Assembly: GCA_012295275.1 (NCBI GenBank)
Contig: CM022670.1
Location: forward strand, 11,842,001-11,906,000
DNA from: Chrysomallon squamiferum
Taxonomy: Eukaryota; Animalia; Mollusca
Length of the DNA stretch: 64,000 nt
Direction: 5' to 3'
The position numbers and the translations under genes were made by a program. The notes beneath the pieces were generated by a model that saw only the letters and a list, made by a program, of their open reading frames with translations, was not told the origin of the DNA and made no database searches. Shown piece after piece: positions 1 through 12,436 of this stretch; position 1 is the stretch's first letter; each line of letters starts with the position of its first letter.

Positions 1-913
1 ACAGTACATGGGCGATGTGTACCCGTTCGTTCGGATAATTAAGCTGGATGTCGCAAACAACGTGGAACATTACTCAGCAGACGAAAACATTCACGAGAAG
101 AGAAATTCATCATATGGAAATATTCATGAGAAGAGAAATTCAACATATGAAAATATTCATGAGAAGAGAAATTCAACAGATAAAAACATTTATAGAAATA
201 AAATCTGACTAGTGACGACAGGCTAGCTGAGTACGTTGGTAAAATAGCTGACTCTCTTGCTGCCAGAATGGACTGGAAATCGAAAGGAGTTGGATGGTTT
301 GCTTTTGTGTCAAACAAGACTGTTCTTGCACAAGTGTTAAACATTTCAATTATCATCGCTGACAGGTTTAAGTTGGACGTTGACGTTTAAATAAAAAAAA
401 AAGACATCTCTAAACCTAAACGAGATAATAGTCGCTTTCAGATGCTGTCAAAAATGGCTCTCTTCAAATTGAGATCCAAGCCAATTAAAATCAATAAACT
501 CGTCATCTGCCAAGATGTTGAATGTAATCAAATGGAAACGCCCTTCTTGTTAACATCGTCACCGCCGACCACGTTCAATCCAAGAACATCTACATTACCT
601 TCTTCGACTTCTACACAGACTGGTCCAACATCTACATCAACAACTTCTTCGCCAGTAGCAAAAACACAAGTACCAACGTCTTCTGGATCAACTACATCTA
701 CGTATCTGCCAACATCAGCCTACAAGCCAGACGTGTCGTTGTCAACTAAATCAGGCTTGACAATGAAGACATCCCCAGTATCAACAGCATCGATGACAAC
801 GGTCCGTGGTGAAACAATTCAGAATGGTTACTGGACTTTCTCCAAATTTAGGAATCTCTGCTGTCGTTGTTGGTGTCGTATCGGTTCATGTGCTGCACGC
901 TATTTCAATCTGA
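1..913 (+). pseudogene. B-type paralog pseudogene B0 (exon-2 region; 5' part outside window)
   Basis: Homologous to A exon 2 (WKSKGVGWFAF, ICQDVECN, S/T stalk). Frameshift near 200, TAA at GACGTTTAA (~388-390) and further indels. Three 33-bp repeats at 83-181. Confidence 0.8.
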
Positions 914-1141
914 ACCAAGAACTTTGTAAAATCACTATTATTTTTATTAAGCTTTATTATACCTTATGCATATTATTACATGTTTAGTGAAGACAGCTTT
1001 CCGAAATATTATTGTCAGATTTGTCTGTAATTTAAGTATTGTTTTTAACATCTTTCCTTTTTATACACTTATTTAAAATATTATTTATAAATAAATAAAT
1101 TTCAGTTTAATTGTATTCAGTGTTTTATGTTTTTAAAAAAT

Positions 1142-1787
1142 CGCTCCTTCTATATGTGACTTGTCTGTAGGAGACTGGTGGAAGGTATTCTGGACAATCA
1201 AAAGCGCCTATGTTCAAGCGACACTGCCAGTTTTCAAAGGAACGTTGGAAACAGCAATCGGGTGCGGCAGCCAGTACTTGAATCAACAGTACGAGTTCAT
1301 CAGAATAATACGACTACAAGTGACAAACGTGATTAACCGATTCAAAACGTCTGCTGATGAAAACCGGTTGGACGCTCTGGCCGGGGATGTGGCTGATTCT
1401 ACTGCAGAGCAGCTTGGCTGGAAGTCGAGTGGAGTTGGATGGTTTGCTTATGCAGAGAACGACATTCTTGAACCAACTGAAAAACAAACTTTCGTGGACA
1501 TTTCCATGATTATAGCTGACCAGTCCCGGCTGGATGTCAATGATATCAGTTCCACGATTTTAGATCTAAATAAAATAGTGGATGCTTTGGCGGATGCTGT
1601 CCAAAGTGGACGTCTGAAAATTAAAACAAGAGGAAAGTCGGAAGACGTTTCGATTAAAACGATGTGGGCGTGTGTTGACGTCGCGTGTAATAACACATAC
1701 ATGATGGTTTTCGGGGAAGCAAGCAGTGTGCATCCATCTGTAATCCTACTAATCATGGCGTTGATTAATTTGATGTACGTGTTTTAG
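1142..1787 (+). pseudogene. 5'-truncated A-type exon-2 fragment (short tail)
   Basis: Begins mid-exon at CGCTCCTTCTATATGTGAC, fused directly to the B0 3' flank. Promoter, exon 1, intron and acceptor are absent. Open to the normal stop (…LMYVF). Confidence 0.8.
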
Positions 1788-2284
1788 TTTAAAACAACAG
1801 AAAAAACAATCAGTAGACATCAACAGAAATAACAGTTAATACGTGAAGAAGAACAGTAGATAATGATTTATTTTTACCAAAAACAGAAATAATTTTCTAT
1901 TAATACTTTGAGTTTTGCTTCACTGTTAATTGTTAACTGTATTGTGATTGTGAATTGTATTTTGTATTACCTTGGTTTCGTGAGGGACATTTTTTGTTTG
2001 ATTTCTTTTAATGCAGTTCTGGATACTAAACTGATGAAACAGTGTAGAGATATATTCACTAATTAAAATATGTATAATTTTTGTTGCCGTTGTTATTTTC
2101 CTTTTTGTTATTTCTTTTTATAATAATAATAATAATAATAATAATAATCATATTATGACTAACAGTAGTTAGTTATGTCAGCTATGCTTTTATATAAATT
2201 ATATCGGAACTACTACTACTACTTAATAATCAATAGTATGAATACTCCCCAAAAACATCAGAAAACACAACAACAAAACAAATG

Positions 2285-2332
<48 letters not shown>

Positions 2333-2657
2333 AATTTATCTCATTATGAATACCTCTTTTCTTAAACTGATTTAAATGACAGGTATACACAAGCCATCAT
2401 AGTTACTTTTAATCTTAAACAGGTGGTGCATTGTGCGAACTTGTGTCCTGGCATGTTGCCCACGACTTATTCACATTTTAGTACCTTTATCAGAGGCGGT
2501 GTTGTACGCTGAATACCTATAGGTTTGACAGTTCATCTTCAAGTTACAGTTCAAGTACGCCTTGACCGAAACTTTTAAACTTGTTAGACTATATTATTTT
2601 ATATTTAAAATCAAAACAACGAAAAGGGTGCCTGAAAGAAAGATGAACAAAGGATGA

Positions 2658-4139
2658 GAAGACTCGCAGAATGCTTACGCCATCAGTTACCCTGAAAGGT
2701 TTTGTTTCTTATGAACTAAATCTTCTACGAACTTCTCTATCTGTACTCGAGTATGTCCTAAACTATCTTACAGATTTTGTTTGTTTGTTCCTCTTTTTTT
2801 TTTCAGTTTTTTTTTTTTTTTTTTTTCCTCGGAAATTAAGGTAAAAGGTCTTCTGGCTAACTATTAAACAAATAAAATAACAAACTAAATAATAAAAACT
2901 ACAAATTCAAATTCAAATTATGTCACCGATCTATTATAATAATAATAATAATAATACAAATGATGATGATGATAACTAATACTACTTGAGGAAATGTCTT
3001 CAGGTATCCTTGGTGCCTCTGTTACGTCTCATGTCGAGATATCAGGGACTGCGCCTTTGCCTCGTTCTCAGACTGTTATCTGCATCTTTACCGAGGAGCG
3101 TCTTCAGTTTGTGATTTGCCTGTAGGAGACTGGTGGAAAGTATTCTGGACAATCAAAGGCACATTTCCAAATGCATCAGTTGCCTCTTTGAAAGGGACGT
3201 TAGATTCAATGCTGGGGTGTGGCAAACAGTACATGGGCGATGTGTACCCGTTCGTTCGGATAATTAAGCTGGATGTCGCAAACAACGTGGAACATTACTC
3301 AGCAGACGAAAACATTCACGAGAAGAGAAATTCATCATATGGAAATATTCATGAGAAGAGAAATTCAACATATTAAAATATTCATGAGAAGAGAAATTCA
3401 ACAGATAAAAACATTTATAGAAATAAAAATCTGACTAGTGACGACAGGCTAGCTGAGTACGTTGGTAAAATAGCTGACTCTCTTGCTGCCAGAATGGACT
3501 GGAAATCGAAAGGAGTTGGATGGTTTGCTTTTTGTGTCAAACAAGACTGTTCTTGCACAAGTGTTAAACATTTCAATTATCATCGCTGACAGGTTTAAGT
3601 TGGACGTTGACGTTTAAATAAAAAAAAAAGACATCTCTAAACCTAAACGAGATAATAGTCGCTTTCAGATGCTGTCAAAAATGGCTCTCTTCAAATTGAG
3701 ATCCAAGCCAATTAAAATCAATAAACTCGTCATCTGCCAAGATGTTGAATGTAATCAAATGGAAACGCCCTTCTTGTTAACATCGTCACCGCCGACCACG
3801 TTCAATCCAAGAACATCTACATTACCTTCTTCGACTTCTACACAGACTGGTCCAACATCTACATCAACAACTTCTTCGCCAGTAGCAAAACACAAGTACC
3901 AACGTCTTCTGGATCAACTACATCTACGTATCTGCCAACATCAGCCTACAAGCCAGACGTGTCGTTGTCAACTAAATCAGGCTTGACAATGAAGACATCC
4001 CCAGTATCAACAGCATCGATGACAACGGTCCGTGGTGAAACAATTCAGAATGGTTACTGGACTTTCTCCAAATTTAGGAATCTCTGCTGTCGTTGTTGGT
4101 GTCGTATCGGTTCATGTGCTGCACGCTATTTCAATCTGA
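2658..4139 (+). pseudogene. B-type pseudogene B1
   Basis: Exon-1 remnant (GAAGACTCGCAGAATGCTTACGCCATCAGTTAC = EDSQNAYAISY) and no intron acceptor. 14-bp deletion near 3028, TAA at 3374-3376, further frameshifts. Confidence 0.8.
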
Positions 4140-4367
4140 ACCAAGAACTTTGTAAAATCACTATTATTTTTATTAAGCTTTATTATACCTTATGCATATT
4201 ATTACATGTTTAGTGAAGACAGCTTTCCGAAATATTATTGTCAGATTTGTCTGTAATTTAAGTATTGTTTTTAACATCTTTCCTTTTTATACACTTATTT
4301 AAAATATTATTTATAAATAAATAAATTTCAGTTTAATTGTATTCAGTGTTTTATGTTTTTAAAAAAT

Positions 4368-5013
4368 CGCTCCTTCTATATGTGACTTGTCTGTAGGAGA
4401 CTGGTGGAAGGTATTCTGGACAATCAAAAGCGCCTATGTTCAAGCGACACTGCCAGTTTTCAAAGGAACGTTGGAAACAGCAATCGGGTGCGGCAGCCAG
4501 TACTTGAATCAACAGTACGAGTTCATCAGAATAATACGACTACAAGTGACAAACGTGATTAACCGATTCAAAACGTCTGCTGATGAAAACCGGTTGGACG
4601 CTCTGGCCGGGGATGTGGCTGATTCTACTGCAGAGCAGCTTGGCTGGAAGTCGAGTGGAGTTGGATGGTTTGCTTATGCAGAGAACGACATTCTTGAACC
4701 AACTGAAAAACAAACTTTCGTGGACATTTCCATGATTATAGCTGACAAGTTCCAGCTGGATGTCAATGTCAACAGTTCAACGATTTTGGATCTAAATAAA
4801 ATAGTGGACGTTTTGGCGGATGCTGTCCAAATGGGAAGTCTGAAAATTAAAACAAGAGGAATATCGGAAGACGTTTCGATCAAGACGATGTGGGCGTGTG
4901 TTGACGTCGCGTGTAATAACACATACATGATGGTTTTCGGGGAAGCAAGCAGTGTGCATCCATCTGTAATCCTACTAATCATGGCGTTGATTAATCTGAT
5001 GTACGTGTTTTAG
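4368..5013 (+). pseudogene. 5'-truncated A-type exon-2 fragment (short tail), second copy
   Basis: Same deletion junction as at 1142, offset by 3226 bp. Open to the …LMYVF stop. Confidence 0.8.
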
Positions 5014-5343
5014 TTTAAAACAACACAGAAAACAACCAGTACATATCAGCAGAAATAATAGTTAATACATCAAGGAGAAAAATAGATAATGATTTATTTT
5101 TATCAAAATCAGAAATAATTTTCTATTAATACTTTAAGTTTGTTTCACTGTTAATTGTTAACTGTATTGTGATTATGAATTGTATTTTGTATTATCTTGA
5201 TTTCGTGATGGACGTTTTTTTGTTTGATTTCTTTTAGTGCAGTTCTGCATACTAAACTGATGAAACAGTGTAGAGATATATTCACTAATTAAAATATATA
5301 TAATTTTTGTTGCCGTTATTATTTTCTTTTTTCTTATTGCTTT

Positions 5344-5407
<64 letters not shown>

Positions 5408-6375
5408 GATCTAACAGTAGTATTACTAGTAGTATCAACAATAATGTAAAGTAAATCATGAAACTCTCTCTCTCTCAGGTTGGAATACACTTATTTAAAG
5501 GTGTTATTTTTAAAACGTATTTGAACGTAGTCACATTACGGTATTTGATAAGCTTGCTGTCAGCTATGCTTTTATATAAATTACATCGTAACTCCTACTA
5601 CTACTTAATAATCTGTAGTATGAATACTCCCCCAAAGTATGCTGTCAATTATCTTTTATATAAATTATATTGTAACAGCTATCAGTACTATGAACACTCC
5701 TCAAAAACCCAGAAAAAACAACAAAACAAATGACAGTATATATATATATATATGCAGATATACATAAGCCATCATAGTTACTTTTAATCTTAAACAGGTG
5801 GTGCATTGTGCGAACTTGTGACCTGGCATGTTGCCCACGACTTATTTACATTTTAGTAACTTTATCAGAGACGGTGTCGTACGCTGAATACCTATAGTTT
5901 TGACAGATCATCTTCAAGTGACAGTTCAAGTACGCCATGACCGAAACTTTTAAACTTGTTAGACATTCTTATTTTGTATTTACAATCAAAATACAATTTA
6001 AAAAAAGAAGAAGAAGAAAAACATAATAAAAACATCGGTGTTTTTAAATTATTTTAATCTTAACGTAAAATAAAAAACGAAACAATGTGTAAAAATAGAC
6101 TTTATTCCAGCAGTATCTATTACTTTATTGTAATCCACATTATCCGATTGTCTTTAGTTAGAGAGCAAAGATAACCTAGTCTGCACTTGCTCTTAATAAT
6201 GAAATAAAATATCTAACAATGTATTAGTGGGGTACGATCGTTCTCTTGACATACTGCTTTCTCTACCCTACTCTACGAGTGAAGTGAAATAATCAAATTT
6301 TAGAACGGAATGAAAGAATGAAAGGGAAAAGGATCAACGAAAAGGGTGCCTGAAAGAAAGATGAACAAAGGATGA

Positions 6376-7936
6376 GAAGACTCGCAGAATGCTTACGCCA
6401 TCAGTTACGTTGAAAGGTTTTGTTTCTTATGAACTAAATCTTCTACGAACTTCTCTATCTGTACTCGAGTATGTCATAAACTATCTTACAGATTTTGTTG
6501 GTTTGTTGCTCTCTTTTTTTTCTTTCTTTTTTTTTTCATCGGAAATTAAGGTAAAAGGTCTTCTGGCTAACTATTTAACAAATAAAATAACAAACAAAAT
6601 AATAAAAAGTACAAATTCAAATTCAAATTATGTCACCAATCTATTATAAATCGTCATCATTATAATAATAATAAAAATAATAAAAATGATGATGGTGAGA
6701 ACTAATACTACTTGAGGAAATGTCTTCAGGTATCCTTGGTGCCTCTGTTACGTCCCTGGGAATCCCCTTCATGTCGAGATATCAGGGACCGCGCCTTTGC
6801 CTCGTTCTCAGACTGCTATCTGCATCCTTACCGAGGAGAGTCTTCAGTTTGTGATTTGCCTGTAGGAGACTGGTGGAAAGTATTCTGGACAATGAAAGGC
6901 ACATTTCCAAATGCATGAGTTGCCTCTTTGAAAGGGACGTTAGATTCAATGCTGGGGTGTGGCAAACGGTACATGGGCGATGCCTACCCGTTCGTTCGGA
7001 TAATTAAGCTGGATGTCGCAAACAACGTGGAACATTACTCAGCAGACGAAAACATTCAGGAGATGAGAAATTCAACGTTTGAAAACATTCATGAGAAGAG
7101 AAATTCAACATATGAAATCATTCACGAGAAGAGAAATTCAACATATGAAAATATTTATGAGAAGAGAAATTCAACAGATAAAAACATTCATGAGAAGAGA
7201 AATTCAACAGATGAAAACATTTATAGAAATAAAAATCTGACTAGTGACGAAAGGCTAGCTGAGTACGTTGGTAAAATAGCTGACGCTGTTGCTGTCAGAA
7301 TGGACTGGAAATCGAAAGGCGTTGGGTGGTTTGCTTTTGTGTCAAACGAGACTGTTCTTGCACAAGTGTTAAACATTTCAATTATCATCGCTGACAGGTT
7401 TAAGTTGGACGTTGACGTTTAAATAACAAAAAAAGACATCTCTAAACCTAAACGAGATAATAGTCGCTTTCAGATGCTGTCAAAAATGGCTCTCATCAAA
7501 TTGAGATCCAAGCCAATTAAAATCAGTAAACTCGTCATCTGCCAAGATGTTGAATGTAATCAAATGGAAACGCCCTTCTTGTTAACATCGTCACCGCCGA
7601 CCACGTTCAATCCAAGAACATCTACATTACCTTCTTCGACTTCTGCACAGACTGGTCCAACATCTACATCAACAACTTCTTCGGCAGTAGCAAAAACACA
7701 AGTACCAACGTCTTCTGGATCAACTACATCTACGTATCTGCCAACATCAGCCTACAAGCCAGACGTGTCGTTGTCAACTAAATCAGGCTTGTCAATGAAG
7801 ACATCCCCAGTATCGATGACAACGGTCCGTGGTGAAACAATTCAGAATGGTTACTGGACTTTCTCCAAATTTAGGAATCTCTGCTGTCGTTGTTGGTGTC
7901 GTATCGGTTCATGTGCTGCACGCTATTTCAATCTGA
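6376..7936 (+). pseudogene. B-type pseudogene B2
   Basis: Exon-1 remnant, lost acceptor, TGA at 6916-6918, TAA at 7420-7422 and frameshifts. Five 33-bp repeats at 7048-7212. Confidence 0.82.
7048..7212 (+). repeat. 33-bp coding-frame minisatellite, 5 units (ENIHEKRNSTY-like)
   Basis: Unit GAAAACATTCATGAGAAGAGAAATTCAACATAT. Homologous arrays at 83-181, 3308-3406, 13108-13272, 19215-19346, 26684-26815 and 36592-36723. Confidence 0.92.
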
Positions 7937-9283
7937 ACCAAGAACTTTGTAAAATCACTATTATTTTTATTAAGCTTTATTATACCTTATGCATATTATT
8001 ACATGTTTAGTGAAGACAGCTTTCCGAAATATTATTGTCAGATTTGTCTGTAATTTAAGTATTGTTTTTAACATCTTTCCTTTTTATACACTTATTTAAA
8101 ATATGATTTATAAATAAATAAATTTCAGTTTAATTGTATTCAGTGTTTTATGTTTTTAATTATTTATTTATTTATTTAGTTAGTTAGTTTCTTACTTACT
8201 TAATTATCTGGTTATTATTTTAAAGTTTAGCTGGGGATATATAAAGAACAAATCTAAATATATTCTGAATTCTCTAAAAATGAAAATGTCAGCCAGCCAT
8301 GTATGTGATGACGTCACGATTTTAGTTACGAAGTGGTAAAATGACAGCATTTTATTTTATTATAATACTTTTCTAATTAGATAAACATATATGTTTATAG
8401 AACATAATTAAATTAAATAAAAGTATTATATTTAACAAATGTGTTAATTATATTAACATATTATAATTAATTATTATGTTTAAAATATGTATTAAAGTAA
8501 TAAAGCGTATTGTATGAAATGAATGTATTAAATTATATTAAATAAAACAAACAACCACATTAAACTACGGATCTAATTTCTTAGTACACATAATGTGGTT
8601 GTAAAAGAATATTTTATTGATGAAAAAGAAATAATAAAAAAAAGAAATATAAAACAAATTGAAAAAAGGGAAAAAAATAAATTGTATAAGATATTAAATT
8701 ACATGAACGTGATAAATATTAATAAATATTAAAGTATATTGATGACATTCATAAAATATAACGACTGATAATTTAAAGCGAAAATATATAATGAAAGATT
8801 TTAATGAGAAAATATGGACGTTGGAAATTAAGATTTATAAATAATTCATTTTGACTTAAATTCTGTCGAACTGAACATATTATTTCACTAAATATTAAAT
8901 AATACACAGCCGACACACATAACACACTGAAACGACACGATTACGAAATTAATAAACCAATTAATAAACAAAACAGCTCACGCATAATTAGCATTCTTTC
9001 TGCTGTGTTTTGCAATGACAAGAAACCACATCGACATATGTATTTTTTCTGAAAACGCTCTGTATTTCGCAAGATGTACAAAAAATTATGTATTCCTAAT
9101 TGGGTCAGCAAGATAACGACAAAAAAAAAAAAGGTCAATTGTTTTTAATATCACAACCAGGAAGATGTTATCGGATTACTCATCTGACACAGCCAGGTAC
9201 ATAAAGATTTTACATTTTGGGGTCTTGTTTGTTGCATACATCTAAGCTTTTGTGAAGAAATCCTTTGATGTTAACAGTAAACA

Positions 9284-9820
9284 ATGTATTGGTCAAAATT
9301 TACTGGTGCGTCGTTGCTTTTCACACTTTGGTGTATTTTCACTAACTGGAACGTTTGTCTTGGAATGTGTAATCCTGACACTGGGCCTTCGGGTTCTGTG
9401 GACTGTTTTTTTGAAACGCCATATAACTCTAAATACCAATGGGGAACCTGTATCACTGACAGCTACATGAAACAGAAGTCTGGTGGAAAACACAGATGTC
9501 GAGATTCAACAGCAACTTACTGTTATTATCAATGTATGCTTGAAGTTCATGGTCTGGACCATGGCCCTGTATATTCTGACTGTCTATGTTCAGGCGGGAC
9601 AAACTCACCAGCCACAGGTACTACAAATACTGGTGCTCCCACAACTACTCTACCGCCGTGGTGTTCAAGTCCCGACGGGTCGGACTGTTCGTGGTACAGG
9701 CAATGTTTAGAAAAGAAGTACCCGTGTGAAGACTCGCAGTATGGTTACGCCATCAGTTACGCTGAAAAGTTTTGTAATTTATATACCAAGTCTTCGACCA
9801 GCTTCTCTAGCATTGGACAG
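9284..9820 (+). CDS. Gene A1 exon 1: signal peptide, 8-Cys module, N-half of stanniocalcin-like domain
   Basis: ATG 9284, hydrophobic leader, 537 nt = 179 codons, donor CAG|GTAGG. Conserved in six paralogs. Confidence 0.85.
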
Positions 9821-10210
9821 GTAGGTTTGAATCGGTCTCTTTGATTTTCTGTTGAACTTTCTTTTTCTTTTTTCTCTCTTATATTTCACGTTCTTATTTT
9901 CGGTGATAACTGAGATTTTTATTCTTTCGTTTCATTGTTTTCTGATTTCTCACACACTTATCTCCGATCCTTTTCTATTTCCGCTATTACAGTTTCGGAA
10001 TGTAATGATAATAATTAAAACTGGAATAAATCATAGTTAAGATTCTTCGTCTTCTTTTTCTACTTCTACTTCTTATCATCATCTTCATTATCTTCATCAG
10101 TATCATCGTCATTATCATCATCATTAACATCGTCATTATCATCATCATCATCATTATCACCATCATCATTACGATTATCATCATCAATAGTATTGTTATC
10201 ATTATTACAG

Positions 10211-10996
10211 AAATGGATAAATGCTACGAGGAAATGTCTTCAGGTATCCCTGGTGCCTCTATTGCGTCCCTGGGAATCTCCTTCCTGTCGAGATATCAAG
10301 GTCCGCGCCTTTGCGTCGCATACAAATTGTTACCTGCATCCTCACCGAGGCGCTCCTTCTATATGTGACTTACCCGTAGGAGACTGGTGGAAGGTATTCT
10401 GGACAATCAAAAGCGCCTATGTTCAAGCGACGCTGCCAGTTTTCAAAGGAACGTTGGAAATAGCAATCGGGTGCGGCAACCAGTACTTGAATCAACAGTA
10501 CGAGTTCATCAGAATAATACGACTACAAGTGACAAACGTGATTAACCGATTCAAAACGTCTGCTGATGAAAACCCGTTGGACGCTCTGGCCGGGGATGTG
10601 GCTGATTCTATTGCAGATCAGCTTGGCTGGAAGTCGAGTGGAGTTGGGTGGTTTGCTTATGCAGAGAACGACACTCTTGAACCAACTGAAAAACAATCTA
10701 CCGTGAACATTTCCATCATTATAGCTGACCAGTCCCAGCTGGATGTCAATGTTAACAGTTCCACGATTTTAGATCTAAATAAAATAGTGGACGTTTTGGC
10801 GGATGCTGTCCAAAGTGGAAGTCTGAAAATTAAAACAAGAGGAATATCGAAAGACGTTTCGATCAAGATGATGTGGGCGTGTGTTGACGTCGCGTGTAAT
10901 AACACATACATGATGGTTTTCGGGGAAGCAAACAGTAAGCATCCATCTGTAATACTACTAATCATGGCGTTGATTAATTTGATGTACGTGTTCTAG
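10211..10996 (+). CDS. Gene A1 exon 2 (spliced product 440 aa; RFKT; short GPI-signal-like tail)
   Basis: Acceptor TTACAG|AAATGG, phase 0, joins SIGQ-KWINATRKCLQ. Open to TAG with a hydrophobic C-terminus VILLIMALINLMYVF. Confidence 0.85.
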   Translation, partial: KWINATRKCLQVSLVPLLRPWESPSCRDIKVRAFASHTNCYLHPHRGAPSICDLPVGDWWKVFWTIKSAYVQATLPVFKGTLEIAIGCGNQYLNQQYEFIRIIRLQVTNVINRFKTSADENPLDALAGDVADSIADQLGWKSSGVGWFAYAENDTLEPTEKQSTVNISIIIADQSQLDVNVNSSTILDLNKIVDVLADAVQSGSLKIKTRGISKDVSIKMMWACVDVACNNTYMMVFGEANSKHPSVILLIMALINLMYVF

Positions 10997-11445
10997 TTTA
11001 AAGAAACAGAAAAAACAATCAGTAGACATCAACGGAAATAACAGTTAATGCGTGAAGAAGAACAGTAGATAATGATTTATTTTTACCAAAAACAGAAATA
11101 ATTTTCTATTAATACTTTGAATTTGCTTCACTGTTAATTGTTAACTGTATTGTGATTCTGAATTTCATTTTGTATTATCTTGATTTCGTGAGGGACACTT
11201 TTATGTTAGATTTCTTGTAATGGAGTTCTGCATACTAAACTAATAAAACAGTGTAGAGATATATTCACTAATTAAAATATATATAATTTTTGCTGCCGTT
11301 GTTATTTTCTTGTTTGTTATTACTTTTATAATAATAAAAATAATAAAAATAATAATAATAATAATAATAATAAAAATAATAATAATAATATTAGAACTAA
11401 CAGTAGTAGTAATAGTAGTATCAACAATAATGTAAAGTATATAAT

Positions 11446-11551
<106 letters not shown>

Positions 11552-12436
11552 CTGGAATAAACGTGTTTTAAAGGTGTTATTTTTAAAACGTATTTGAACG
11601 TAGTCACCTTACGGTATTTGATAAGCTTGCTGTCAGTTCTGCTTTTATATAAATTATATCGGAACTGCTACTACTACTTAATAATCAGTAGTATGAATAC
11701 TGCCCCAAAACATCAGAAAAACAACAACAAAACAAATGACAATATATATATATATATATATTACTTAATTTATCTCATTATGAATGCCTCTTTTCTTAAA
11801 CTGATTTAAATAACAGGTATACACAAGCCATCATAGTTACTTTTAATCTTAAACAGGTTGGGCATTGTGCGAACTTGTGTCCTGGCATGTTGCCCACGAC
11901 TTATTCACATTTTAGTAACTTTATCAGAGGCGGTATCGTACGCTGAATACCTATAGGTTTGACAGATCATCTTCAAGTTACAGTTCAAGTACGCCTTGAC
12001 CGAAACTTTTAAACTTGTTAGACATTGTTATTTTGTATTTACAATCAAAATACAATTTAAGAAAAGAAGAAGAAGAAAAACATAATAAAAACATCGGTGT
12101 TTTTAAATTATTTTAATCTTAACGTAAAATAAAAAACGAAACAATGTGTAAAAATAGACTTTATTCCAGCAGTATCTATTACTTTATTGTAATCCACATT
12201 ATCCGATTGTCTTTTTAATTAGAGACCAAAGATAATCCAGTCTGCACTTGCTCTTAATAATAAAATAAAATATCTAACAATGTGTTACTGGGGAACGATC
12301 GTTCTCTTGACATACTGCTTTCTCTACCCTACTCTACGAGTGAAGTGAAATAATCAAATTTTAGAACGGAATGAAAGAATGAAAAAGAAAAGGATCAACG
12401 AAAAGGGTGCCTGAAAGAAGAATGAACAAAGGATGA

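Noticed and set aside
442-987. ORF ending …RNLCCRCWCRIGSC… that looks like a Cys-rich tail (also 7474, 13534, 20972, 27188, 38352)
   Set aside because: Frameshifted reading of NLGISAVVVGVVSV in pseudogene tails; the start is also out of the ancestral frame.
1448-1756. Recurrent minus-strand ORFs (also 4674, 10657, 16153, 24212, 29536, 33508, 41630)
   Set aside because: Antisense shadows of A exon 2; their recurrence is explained by duplication of the sense gene.
6389-6649. Repeated ORF MLTPSVTLKGFVSYEL…
   Set aside because: Off-frame reading of the B exon-1 remnant (EDSQNAYAISYVERF) running into intron.
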